Source: Chloroflexota bacterium
GTDB taxonomy: Bacteria; Chloroflexota; UBA11872
Direction of reading: 5' to 3'
Length of the DNA stretch: 64,000 nt
NCBI GenBank assembly: GCA_034422315.1
Contig: DAOUJT010000006.1
Span: 5,911-69,910 of the forward strand
Shown here piece by piece: positions 9,457 through 18,041 of this stretch (its first letter is position 1; every line of letters starts with the position of its first letter). The notes beneath the pieces were generated by a model. It did no database searches. It was not told the DNA's origin and worked only from the letters and a program-made list of their open reading frames with translations. A program made the translations under genes and the position numbers.

Positions 9457-9700
9457 GCGCCGTCTCCATGGATTACCCGGTAGACATAAGCATCGTAGCC
9501 GCAGGCTACCGGCATGGAAAGAGTAAAGGGCGCTAACTGGCAGGGTTACGGTGTTGATGGGGCGGTTAGTGCGGGTTGCGCGCCGTATCCCAATCGTATA
9601 CAATAGCGGTGTAGCGCTTCGGACCTGATCGATTCGGCCGGACGATCGGCGGTCAGTCGAAGCGGGGCCGTGGCGGCCCGCGTTGGGTGATCCGACGCCT

Positions 9701-9740
9701 GTCCTCGGCGCGCGGCAACTGAATGCCGCGCGCCGAGGAC
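9701..9740. other. Perfect 16-bp GC-rich stem-loop (GTCCTCGGCGCGCGGC-aactgaat-GCCGCGCGCCGAGGAC) in a ~400-bp intergenic region upstream of the capsid-like gene.
   Basis: Seen directly in the sequence. No flanking T-run. Lies between divergent genes. Confidence 0.5.
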
Positions 9741-10008
9741 GAGAGCGCCGGGAATTCCAGCGGCGGCGTCATCACCGCCCGCGCGCTTGTGCGGAGTACG
9801 AGGGCGGCGGACCGCTCGCATCGACCGATGGGATATCGGGACGGGTGCGATTCCGCCGCCCCTGCGGGCCGGGAGGCGACCCGGCGTGCCCCGCGAGACC
9901 AAGCGCCGGCGAAGCGGGGCTTTGCCGAGCAGGCGCCCACGAGCGGCGCCGCCCTGATTCACGACATACCGAGCGCTCCGCATTCGCGGGTGCTCCGGAG
10001 GCAATGCA

Positions 10009-10863
10009 GTGGCGATAACGAAGACCGATTCAATTGGCGACGTGGTGGACACGGTGATTGCCGAAGCCCGTCGCACGCAGATGCACCGCACGGTGATGGA
10101 ACCGCTGGTGCGGACCTATCGGGTCTCGCGCGGGGCTGGCGACCGGCTGGAGATTCCCAAGTTCGGGACGGTATCGGCCAGCGCTCTGACCGAGGGTGTG
10201 GACATGACGAACCCGCAGACGCTGACCACCAGCAAGATCACGATCACGCCCGCCGAGGTGGGTGCGCAGATCGTGCTGACGGACCGCGCGCTGCGGACGG
10301 CCAAGGAAGACATGGCCCGGGCGGCCGGGCGCGTGTTGGGCGATGCGATCGCCCGCAAGCTGGACAAGGACCTGCTGGGGCTGCTGGACGGCTTCAGCGC
10401 GTCGCTGGGCGGGGCCGGCCAGGACATTTCGATGGGCCACCTGCGGGCGGCGGTGTCGCGCCTGCACGGGGCGGCCGAACCGGCGCCGCAGCCGTTCCAC
10501 GCGGTGCTGCATCCGTACCAGGCGCACGACCTGGCGGCGGACATTTCGCCCACGGGCACCTATCCGGTGCCGGCCGGCATCTCGCAGACGGTGCTGGAAA
10601 ACCACTGGGTGGCGCGCGCATTCGGCGTGGATGTCTTCCAGGCCGGAAACCTGGCGGTGGACAGCAGCGACGACGCCAAGGGCGCGGTGTTCTCGAAGGA
10701 GGCGCTGGTGCTGGTGATGTTCAAGGACTGGGCCGTGGAACGCGAGCGCGACGCCTCGCTGCGGGCCTGGGAGTTGAACGTCGTGGCGGACTACGGCCTG
10801 GGCGAATACGCGGACGCCTGGGGCGTGGAGATGTACTTCGACGCGTCCACCCCGTCCAGCTAA
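10009..10863 (+). CDS. Phage major capsid-like protein (P22-coat / HK97-fold-like, 284 aa).
   Basis: The N-terminal pattern (…AEARRTQMHRTVMEPLVRTYRV.RGAGDRLEIPKFG…) resembles coat-protein families. It heads a co-directional structural operon that ends with a tail-fibre-like gene. Assigned by pattern memory, not by alignment. Confidence 0.5.
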   Translation: MAITKTDSIGDVVDTVIAEARRTQMHRTVMEPLVRTYRVSRGAGDRLEIPKFGTVSASALTEGVDMTNPQTLTTSKITITPAEVGAQIVLTDRALRTAKEDMARAAGRVLGDAIARKLDKDLLGLLDGFSASLGGAGQDISMGHLRAAVSRLHGAAEPAPQPFHAVLHPYQAHDLAADISPTGTYPVPAGISQTVLENHWVARAFGVDVFQAGNLAVDSSDDAKGAVFSKEALVLVMFKDWAVERERDASLRAWELNVVADYGLGEYADAWGVEMYFDASTPSS

Positions 10864-10895
10864 GGCTGGGCGATTCCAGGAGGAGGTAGCGGCAC

Positions 10896-11147
10896 ATGCA
10901 CGCTCCCATCATCTGGATCAGGCGCCGCCCGGCGCGGCGCCTGATCCACCGCTTTCCCGGCGCGGAGGGCGGACGCCAGATCCTGGTGATCACGCCGGAT
11001 CGCCAGGAAGCGCAGGACACGGCGCTGGCCATGCGCGAGCGCCAGGCGGCGCGGCTGCACGACCACGGTACAGCCGATCTGGACGCGCTGGACGCGCAGC
11101 GATCGGCCTGGGGCCGGCGCGGCGCCAAGCCCTCGGAGGCCAGCTGA
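10896..11147 (+). CDS. Small hypothetical protein (83 aa) within the phage-like module.
   Basis: Strong SD GGAGGAGG upstream. Its stop overlaps the next start (TGATG). Confidence 0.5.
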   Translation: MHAPIIWIRRRPARRLIHRFPGAEGGRQILVITPDRQEAQDTALAMRERQAARLHDHGTADLDALDAQRSAWGRRGAKPSEAS

Positions 11148-12370
11148 TGAGCGTGACGAGGCGCGCCTTGCGCCATCGAATCGCACAGCGGCTGGCGCCG
11201 TTTCTGACAGGGATGGCGGACGGCGGGTCTATGGTGACGCTGGTCGACCCGGCGCGGCTCCAGGACTCGACGGCATCCGCCGACCTGTGGACCGATAGCT
11301 GGGTCCACCTGCTTGATGGTCCAAGCGCAGGCGAAACCCGGCGCGTGGCGGCCTACGATCCGGCGGATGGCTCGGTAACGGTCAGCCGGGCGTTTCCCCG
11401 CTCGGTCGACGCTGGGTCGTCCTATGAACTCTCGCGGCTGGTTGGGCCCGACGTGATCAACGGGGCCATCGACGCCACGCTCGCGCGCTGTTGGTTCCAG
11501 ACGCTTTCGCCATTGAGCATGCTGGCCGACGGCGCCATGGAACGCCGGGACACGCGGGCCTGGCGTACCTGGAACGCAGACGCGGCCAAAGTGGCGGCCG
11601 GCTCGGACGCGGCCAGCGGAGCCGCGAGCCTGGAAGTGACCACGACGGCGGCGGGCGGTTACGCGGCCTCAACCACGCTGGCCGTGCTGCCGGGCCAGCC
11701 GTACACGCTGGAAGCGTCATTGGCGCCGGGCGGGTCTACGGCGCGACTGGCGGTTCACAACCTGACCGGCAGCGTTGACCTGGACACCGTCACGGCCACG
11801 GGCCGGGCCTGGCAGCGGGTGCGCCTGACGTTCGTGATTCCCGAAGGATGCGAAGAGATCGAGGTCCGCCTGGGCGCCGCAGAGGCGGGGGCGGCGAACC
11901 TTTGGGACGAGGTGGTCCTGCTAGCGGCCGGCCGCCGCCGGTTCCCACTGCCCGCCTGGATCACGCACCGCCAGCAAGTGGTGGAGGTCTGGCGGCGGGC
12001 GGCGGCCCACCCACAGCGGGTGATGTCGGCGGTGACCTGGTGGCGAACCACGGCCAACCCAGGGCCGGCGGGGCCGGAATTGTGGCTGGAAGCGGACCCG
12101 CCGCCCAGCCTGGGCGAGACGCTGCTGATCGAAGGGCTGCGGGCCTACGACCCGCTGGCCAGCGATGACGCCGTGACCGACGCCCCGGTGGACTGGGTGG
12201 TGCAAGGGGCACTGGTGGAGGTCTACCGCCACCTGCACCGCGACGCGCCGGCCGGCGACGTGGCGCGCTACGCAGCCTTGCAACGCGACGCCGCGCTGGA
12301 GTTCCAGCAGCTTTCCCGCCTCTACCGCCCGCGCGCCACTCGACGGGTGATGCTGGGGGGAGGTTGGTAA
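11147..12370 (+). CDS. Hypothetical structural protein (407 aa) of the phage-like module.
   Basis: Translationally coupled on both sides. No recognised family. Confidence 0.55.
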   Translation: MSVTRRALRHRIAQRLAPFLTGMADGGSMVTLVDPARLQDSTASADLWTDSWVHLLDGPSAGETRRVAAYDPADGSVTVSRAFPRSVDAGSSYELSRLVGPDVINGAIDATLARCWFQTLSPLSMLADGAMERRDTRAWRTWNADAAKVAAGSDAASGAASLEVTTTAAGGYAASTTLAVLPGQPYTLEASLAPGGSTARLAVHNLTGSVDLDTVTATGRAWQRVRLTFVIPEGCEEIEVRLGAAEAGAANLWDEVVLLAAGRRRFPLPAWITHRQQVVEVWRRAAAHPQRVMSAVTWWRTTANPGPAGPELWLEADPPPSLGETLLIEGLRAYDPLASDDAVTDAPVDWVVQGALVEVYRHLHRDAPAGDVARYAALQRDAALEFQQLSRLYRPRATRRVMLGGGW

Positions 12371-14749
12371 ATGCCACGCGGCAATCGCCCGCCCTATCCC
12401 TACGACTGCATGGTGGACGGGACGGGCCTGATGCTCAGCACCGGGGCCGAAGGCACGATGGCCTGGCACGAGCGCAAGCTGGATTTCTTTGCGCCGCGCG
12501 TCAGCCAGACCGACCAGTCCTATGCCCAGTTCCCGCCAGAAGACGAGACGACATGGGCGGTAGACGACCTCTCCGGCGGGTATGGCCAGCGGGTCGTTCC
12601 GCGCAGCGGGTCCACCGGCTACGCCCACGGGCTGGCCGACACGCGCATCCCACACCAGGTCACCCTGCCGCCGGACGTCGTGACAACGCCGATTACGTCG
12701 TCGGGAACGATTACGGACCACTTCGAACTGGACGACGCCATCTACGTGCTGGTGGGGTCCGCCGTCTACCGCTCGCGGGACGGCCGGACCTGGACGCTGG
12801 CCAAGGCGTTCGAGCCAGGAGTTACGGCGACGTCCGCCGCGGTCTTCAAGGGACGCGCGGAGCGGCCGATGGCCTTCGTGGGCGTAGGCGGCTCGGCGGC
12901 CGAGGAGCCGTTCTGGACGTTCGACGGCACGACCTGGACGCAGCACGCCGGTCAGCGCGCCAACCCGACGGCGGTGCTGCGAACCGGCGACAGCGGTCAA
13001 ACGTACGCCGATCTCACCGAGGCCGTCAGCGATGCGGACGCGGGGACGTACGGGCACCTGGACTCGCTGGGCGCGGTGCACGACGGCGCCTGGCTGCTGG
13101 TGGGAGGCAAGGCGCCGTTCGCGGCGGTGGCCATCGAGATGAACGTCGCCGCGAATGGCAACGCGACCGATCTGGCAGCGGAGTATTGGAACGGCTCGGT
13201 CTGGACGACCGTGGGCGGGCTAAGCGACGGCACGGCACAGGACGACAAAACGTTGGCCCGTGACGGCGAACTGAGGTTCGAGGAACCGGCGGGCTGGCGG
13301 CGGACGACGATTAACGGGATGGAGGCCTTCTGGCTGCGGCTGACCGTTGCGTCGGCGCTGGACTCCTCAACCCGCATCAACGAACTGGCGGTACGCGAAG
13401 TCCGCAAGGCCGACGCGTTTCTGGTGATCGGTTCGCGGGTGGCGCGGGTGAGCCGAGAGACTGGCGCGCCCAGGCTGTCGATCTCAATGGACGGTGGGTC
13501 GGCTTCCACCTGGACAGACGGCGCACCGGTGGGCGACGGCGCGTCCACCGCCAATGCGCTCCTGCGTCTGGGCGGCACGGCCTACGTGGTGAAGGAAGAC
13601 GGCCTCTACGCGCTGCGACCCGGCGCTGAAAGCGGCGCGGTGGCGGAGCACGTGTGGTCACAGCGGGCCCGGCATTCAAGTCCGCATAGCGGCCGCGGCG
13701 CCGCGGCCTGGCGCGGCTATCTGTGGCTCCCGATGGCGCAGGGGCTTTATCGATTCCGGTCAGGCGACCTGACGCCCACCGGCCCGGAACGTCTGCGCGA
13801 AAACAACTCGCCGATCCGGGGCCGCATCACCGCCTGCGCCGGCGACGCTCACTTCCTGTATGCAGCGCTGCGAGACGAGACCGGGCACACCACGCTGCTG
13901 GCGTTCAATCCCGACCAGCAGTCCTGGCATCCCCTGGCGCAGCTTGGGCGGGTGGACTGCCGGCACATGTGGGTGTCGGACCGGCCGGGGCCGAACCCGC
14001 GGTTGTACCTGGGGATCGGCGGATCGCTGGCCACGATCGTGCTGCCGCGGGGTTCGGCTAATCCGCTGCACGACCCCAACTGTCGCTTCGCGGCCAGCGC
14101 GGAGGTGTACCTTTCGCGCTTCGACGCGGCGTTCGCAGCGCAGCCCAAGGCCTTCCTGGCCCTGACGCTGAGCGGCGAGCGGCTGACGGCGTCCACCTGG
14201 GTGGATGCGGCCTACCGGCTGGCCGACGGCGCGCCGTTCAAACAACTGGGACGCTTTGCCGCCAGCGGTCAGCGCATCGAGTTTGGGCCGGAGGCCGCGG
14301 CGATGGCCATTGACCTGCGGCTGACGCTGCATAGCGACGACCCCGCGACTACGCCGGTAGTCCACGCAGTCTCGCTGGCTTACGCCATTCGCGCGGATTT
14401 CAAGCGGGTGTTTCAGTTCGTGGCGCGGATCGCGGACCAGACGCCGCTGCGCGACGGACGCCGCGACCGGCGGTCGGGCCGCGCGATCAAGCAGGCCATC
14501 GCCGCCGCGGCGGCCACGCGTGAGCCGGTGGTGCTGGTCAGCCCGGACGGTGAGCACATCGAAGCGCTGGTCCGCGGAGCCGAAGCCCAGGGGCGTCGCA
14601 GCGAGGCCGGGCGCGACCTGGAATGGCTGATGCCCGTGACCGCCACCGAATACCGGTCAACCGCCGGCACCGGCACGCACAACCGACTGGCGGCTTATGC
14701 CCACCAGGCCCAGGCCGCCTATCTGCATACCCAACTCGCCAGGCTCTAG
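12371..14749 (+). CDS. Large hypothetical structural protein (792 aa), possibly tail or tubular protein.
   Basis: Its ATG directly abuts the preceding stop. Size and position between capsid and tail fibre. No recognised motifs. Confidence 0.55.
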   Translation: MPRGNRPPYPYDCMVDGTGLMLSTGAEGTMAWHERKLDFFAPRVSQTDQSYAQFPPEDETTWAVDDLSGGYGQRVVPRSGSTGYAHGLADTRIPHQVTLPPDVVTTPITSSGTITDHFELDDAIYVLVGSAVYRSRDGRTWTLAKAFEPGVTATSAAVFKGRAERPMAFVGVGGSAAEEPFWTFDGTTWTQHAGQRANPTAVLRTGDSGQTYADLTEAVSDADAGTYGHLDSLGAVHDGAWLLVGGKAPFAAVAIEMNVAANGNATDLAAEYWNGSVWTTVGGLSDGTAQDDKTLARDGELRFEEPAGWRRTTINGMEAFWLRLTVASALDSSTRINELAVREVRKADAFLVIGSRVARVSRETGAPRLSISMDGGSASTWTDGAPVGDGASTANALLRLGGTAYVVKEDGLYALRPGAESGAVAEHVWSQRARHSSPHSGRGAAAWRGYLWLPMAQGLYRFRSGDLTPTGPERLRENNSPIRGRITACAGDAHFLYAALRDETGHTTLLAFNPDQQSWHPLAQLGRVDCRHMWVSDRPGPNPRLYLGIGGSLATIVLPRGSANPLHDPNCRFAASAEVYLSRFDAAFAAQPKAFLALTLSGERLTASTWVDAAYRLADGAPFKQLGRFAASGQRIEFGPEAAAMAIDLRLTLHSDDPATTPVVHAVSLAYAIRADFKRVFQFVARIADQTPLRDGRRDRRSGRAIKQAIAAAAATREPVVLVSPDGEHIEALVRGAEAQGRRSEAGRDLEWLMPVTATEYRSTAGTGTHNRLAAYAHQAQAAYLHTQLARL

Positions 14750-14760
14750 GAGGCCCCTGT

Positions 14761-15813
14761 ATGGCAACAACCACGGCGAACCTGCGGCTGACGAAGCCGC
14801 TGGGCGCCGAGCGATACGACATCAATGTGTTCAACAACAACGCCGACCTGATCGACGCCGGCTTCCACGCCACGACCGGGCACGACCACTCCGGCAGGGC
14901 GGGCGAAGGCCCTCAACTGACGGAGGCGGCGCTGGCCGCAGGCGCGGTGACGACGGCCAAGCTGGCGCCGGACACCTTCCACGCCGAGCAGTTTCACAAC
15001 GCGCTGCCGAACGGCGACTTCGAGTCGTGGTCGGCCGGCGGAACGGCGGCGCCGGACGGCTGGGCGCTGGCCGGCAATGCGGCCCGGGTCGCGCGCGCGA
15101 CCTCCGTCGTCAAGCACGGGCGCTATGCGGCCTCGCTGACGCGGCGGGGCGCCGACTGCGATCTGCGCCGCGGCCTGGCCGACGACCTGGGCGGGCTGAC
15201 TTACCTGCGCGGGCGTACGTTCACCCTGGGCGGTTGGGTCTACGCGACCGTTCCCAATCGAGCGCGGCTGGAACTGGGCGACGGCGTAACCACGTCCATC
15301 TCGGCCTATCACTCCGGAAGTTCGGCCTGGGAGTGGCTGACCGCGACGATCGTGGCGGATAGCGCGGCGCCGGCGCTGCTGGCGCTCTGCAAGCTCAAGC
15401 AGGGCGACACCACGGCCTGGTTCGACGGGCTGCAGGTGGCCGAAGGCACGCTGGCACCGGCGTTTACGCCCAACCCGCTGGACCAAGCCCTGCGCCTGAC
15501 CAACTTCCAAGACAGCACGCCAGCCAACCACGTGGACCGGGGACAGTGGCGGGCGGAGGTTGGGATGGCCTCGGTGGCGGGCGTGACCTCGCAGAACTGG
15601 TCGGATCTTGACGTGACGTTCGAGACGGCTTTCCGCACGGTCTACGCGGCCCTGGCCACGCCACGCGAGGACATTGGCGGGCGCCGCGTGATTGCGCGCT
15701 GCACCAACCTGCGCGTCAACGGCTTCACCCTGCAAGCCGCCACCGGGGACGCGCGCAATTTCAGCAACACCACGCCGGGCCTGGTCTATTGGCTGGCGAT
15801 TGGAGCGGTGTGA
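14761..15813 (+). CDS. Phage tail-fibre-like / minor structural protein with a conserved N-terminal MATTTANLxLTKP...YD...N.N.D.ID motif.
   Basis: Characteristic N-terminus shared by many prophage tail-fibre proteins. SD TAGGAGG upstream. The C-terminal part is Gly/Ala/Thr-rich and beta-rich. Confidence 0.65.
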   Translation: MATTTANLRLTKPLGAERYDINVFNNNADLIDAGFHATTGHDHSGRAGEGPQLTEAALAAGAVTTAKLAPDTFHAEQFHNALPNGDFESWSAGGTAAPDGWALAGNAARVARATSVVKHGRYAASLTRRGADCDLRRGLADDLGGLTYLRGRTFTLGGWVYATVPNRARLELGDGVTTSISAYHSGSSAWEWLTATIVADSAAPALLALCKLKQGDTTAWFDGLQVAEGTLAPAFTPNPLDQALRLTNFQDSTPANHVDRGQWRAEVGMASVAGVTSQNWSDLDVTFETAFRTVYAALATPREDIGGRRVIARCTNLRVNGFTLQAATGDARNFSNTTPGLVYWLAIGAV

Positions 15814-16163
15814 TGGGAGTCCCCGACCAGCCCGGCTCAATGGAGCCGAGTTCATTCGACGCGCCGGCCGACGCAAGTCCCAGCATTGACATGGATCACC
15901 CGAAGGAGGAACGAGCTTTGGAACCCGAAACCATTGGCATCATCACGGCCGTGACCGTGTATCTCGCGCGCGTGGTGCGCAACGAGATGGTGCGCTGGCG
16001 CAGCCGCGCCCGCGGCACCGACTCGGAAACTCGCGCGTTGCAGCTGCTGGAAAACATCGACCGCAGCCTGATGACGCATCACACCGAAATGACGCGCTAC
16101 CAGGCGTCGATCGCGGACTCGCTGGGCCAGATCAAAGGCCGGCTGGCCCAGGGACGCGTCTAG
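15813..16163 (+). CDS. Small protein (116 aa) with one hydrophobic helix (TIGIITAVTVYLARVV). Possible holin-like or membrane-active protein.
   Basis: TGATG overlap with the tail-fibre gene. Last gene before the terminator hairpins. Confidence 0.4.
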   Translation: MGVPDQPGSMEPSSFDAPADASPSIDMDHPKEERALEPETIGIITAVTVYLARVVRNEMVRWRSRARGTDSETRALQLLENIDRSLMTHHTEMTRYQASIADSLGQIKGRLAQGRV

Positions 16164-16196
16164 ACACGGCTGCGGGGCGTTGGCCCCGAGGCGTTG

Positions 16197-16231
16197 AAGG
16201 CCGGCTCCGTTTGGCGTACGGAGCCGGCCTT
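16197..16231. terminator. Perfect 14-bp stem-loop (AAGGCCGGCTCCGT-ttggcgt-ACGGAGCCGGCCTT), preceded by a second hairpin at 16172-16189. Candidate terminator of the phage-like operon.
   Basis: Located 34 nt after the stop at 16163. No strong U-tract. Confidence 0.45.
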
Positions 16232-16345
16232 CGGTCGTTAGAGCGGCGAATCAACGCTTCACGGAACGCCGGGGGCGGTCGGCGCCGTAGTAGGCTCAAG
16301 CGGCCGCGCAACGCGGCGCGGCGCAGCCCCAAGGAAGGGGCGGCG

Positions 16346-17977
16346 ATGGTCGGTATCCGAGGCCGAACCACGCGCGCCACGGGGCGCTTCTTTGGCTTGG
16401 CTGGCGCGACCCTGCTGACCGTCGTCTTGCTGGCCTGCGGCGCCGACGGGCACGAACCGGGCGCGACCGATCTGGCAGCGGTTGCCGCCGTCGTCGACCG
16501 GTTGGGCGCCTCCGACGATCCGCAACAGGAGTTTGCCGAACTTCCGGCTGAAACCCGCCAATCGGTCATTGACTACCTGAGGCTCGAAGAGACGGAGTCG
16601 TCTGGCGGCGGCGGTCCCACGACCCCGATCAACGCGCCGGAAAACTGCGAACGGCAGGCATCGGGGTACGTGGCTCGCAACGCGCACGGGCGCGAGCTCT
16701 GGACGTACGAGTCCATTACCGAGTGGTGCTGGGCCGACGGGATCATTACCACGGCGCCGGTCTTCACGGTCAACGCGAAGATCCATGCTCCCCTGTGGGA
16801 ATTCGCCGGCCACGTCGAACGGGAGGAATCCGGCGGCCAAGGCGAGGCGGAGCACAGCGACGTGGCGGAGGGTCTGTTCCGGCTCTGCCCGGAGGCTCCA
16901 GACAGTTGCGTTCAGGACGAAAGCGTTCGGGTCAAGAAACGGCAAGACGGCGACGGCGGATACGGCTCGGAGACCTCCGACATCGACCACAGCCCCGAAC
17001 CGTCAGGCCCTTGGACCCGCCCAGGGTATTACCTGGCGTTCCTCGTCTATATCCCGCTGGCCGCCACGCCGCTGATTGCCGGGGACGTCATGCGCCGGAA
17101 GTCGCCGCGCGGTTCCGCCGCCTGGGGGCTGGGGGTCGTGGCCACCGCCCTGGGCGTGCTGGTCTCGCTGTACGTCGCCGTGATGGTGGTCTATACGGCG
17201 ATCTTCAGCATCGGGTCGTTGTTCGGCTCGGATTCGACATCGGTGTCAATGACAACGAGCGTCGAGCGGGTCGAGGTGATGGAGGTCCCGATCGAGGAAA
17301 CGGTGGTGGCGCCGGTGGAGACGCCGGCGGTCGGGGGACAACCCGGAAGCTCGGCAGCGGCCAGTGGGCAATCCGGCGCCGCACCGCCGCCCAGAGATTC
17401 CGCAGGGCCAGGGCCGCGCGCCGACGAATGCACGGATCACGAGGTCAGGCTGACGGCGCGCAACCTATTCGGCCAGCCGGTGTGGAGCTACCGATCCGGA
17501 ACCTGGTGGTGTTGGGACGGGGTGGAGATTACGGACGAGCCCAACGTTTCCACGTGGACCTTGTCGCAGGGTCTGTTCTGGAACCCCGTGGACGACAATA
17601 CCGAGGAGTACGGCGGCCAGGGCGAGTGGACGCATAGGGACACGGTCTACCTGACCTTCGAACTCTGCGTCCCGTTGATTGGATGCACTCAGCGCGACAA
17701 TCAGTTGCTTCGAAAGTCCCAGCACGCCGACGGAACGTCCGCCGTCGACGACTTGCCAAGGCAGGATTCATATCCAGCCGCTTTGTTCTCGCTGATTGGT
17801 CCGCTGGTAGTGGCCCTGACGCTGCTGGTTATCGGTCGGGTGCTGCGGCGGGGCGCCGAACGCGGTGCGCTGGCCTGGGGGTTCGGCGTCAGCGCCACGT
17901 CGCTGGGAGTCTTGATGCTGACGCTCCTCGTTGTCACGGGGCTGTTCTTCGTAGCGGCCAGCCATACGGTGGGATAA
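16346..17977 (+). CDS. Lipoprotein or membrane protein carrying two copies of a W-x-[YF]-x-S-x-T-WCW-x-G Cys-containing domain. Each copy is followed by an R-rich/GS-AWG-GV TM segment.
   Basis: Lipobox LLAC after the signal peptide. Internal duplication: ELWTYESITEWCWADG... and PVWSYRSGTWWCWDG.... Each copy is followed by RR..RGSAAWG(L/F)GV..LGVL TM helices. Confidence 0.6.
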   Translation: MVGIRGRTTRATGRFFGLAGATLLTVVLLACGADGHEPGATDLAAVAAVVDRLGASDDPQQEFAELPAETRQSVIDYLRLEETESSGGGGPTTPINAPENCERQASGYVARNAHGRELWTYESITEWCWADGIITTAPVFTVNAKIHAPLWEFAGHVEREESGGQGEAEHSDVAEGLFRLCPEAPDSCVQDESVRVKKRQDGDGGYGSETSDIDHSPEPSGPWTRPGYYLAFLVYIPLAATPLIAGDVMRRKSPRGSAAWGLGVVATALGVLVSLYVAVMVVYTAIFSIGSLFGSDSTSVSMTTSVERVEVMEVPIEETVVAPVETPAVGGQPGSSAAASGQSGAAPPPRDSAGPGPRADECTDHEVRLTARNLFGQPVWSYRSGTWWCWDGVEITDEPNVSTWTLSQGLFWNPVDDNTEEYGGQGEWTHRDTVYLTFELCVPLIGCTQRDNQLLRKSQHADGTSAVDDLPRQDSYPAALFSLIGPLVVALTLLVIGRVLRRGAERGALAWGFGVSATSLGVLMLTLLVVTGLFFVAASHTVG

Positions 17978-18041
17978 GTCATGCCCAAACCCCGTGGACC
18001 GTGCCGCAACGCAACTCCAGGCAGGGTGGAGGAGCGAGGTA

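Noticed and set aside
9723-10889. 388-aa ORF in an alternative + frame across the capsid-like gene
   Set aside because: Extremely Gly/Arg/Ala-rich (GRGRGG-type) translation, typical of an off-frame GC artefact. The 10009 frame has protein-like composition and an operon context.
14746-15876. 376-aa ORF antisense to the tail-fibre-like gene
   Set aside because: Arg/Gly/Pro-rich shadow ORF with no start context. The sense gene has an SD and a conserved phage N-terminus.
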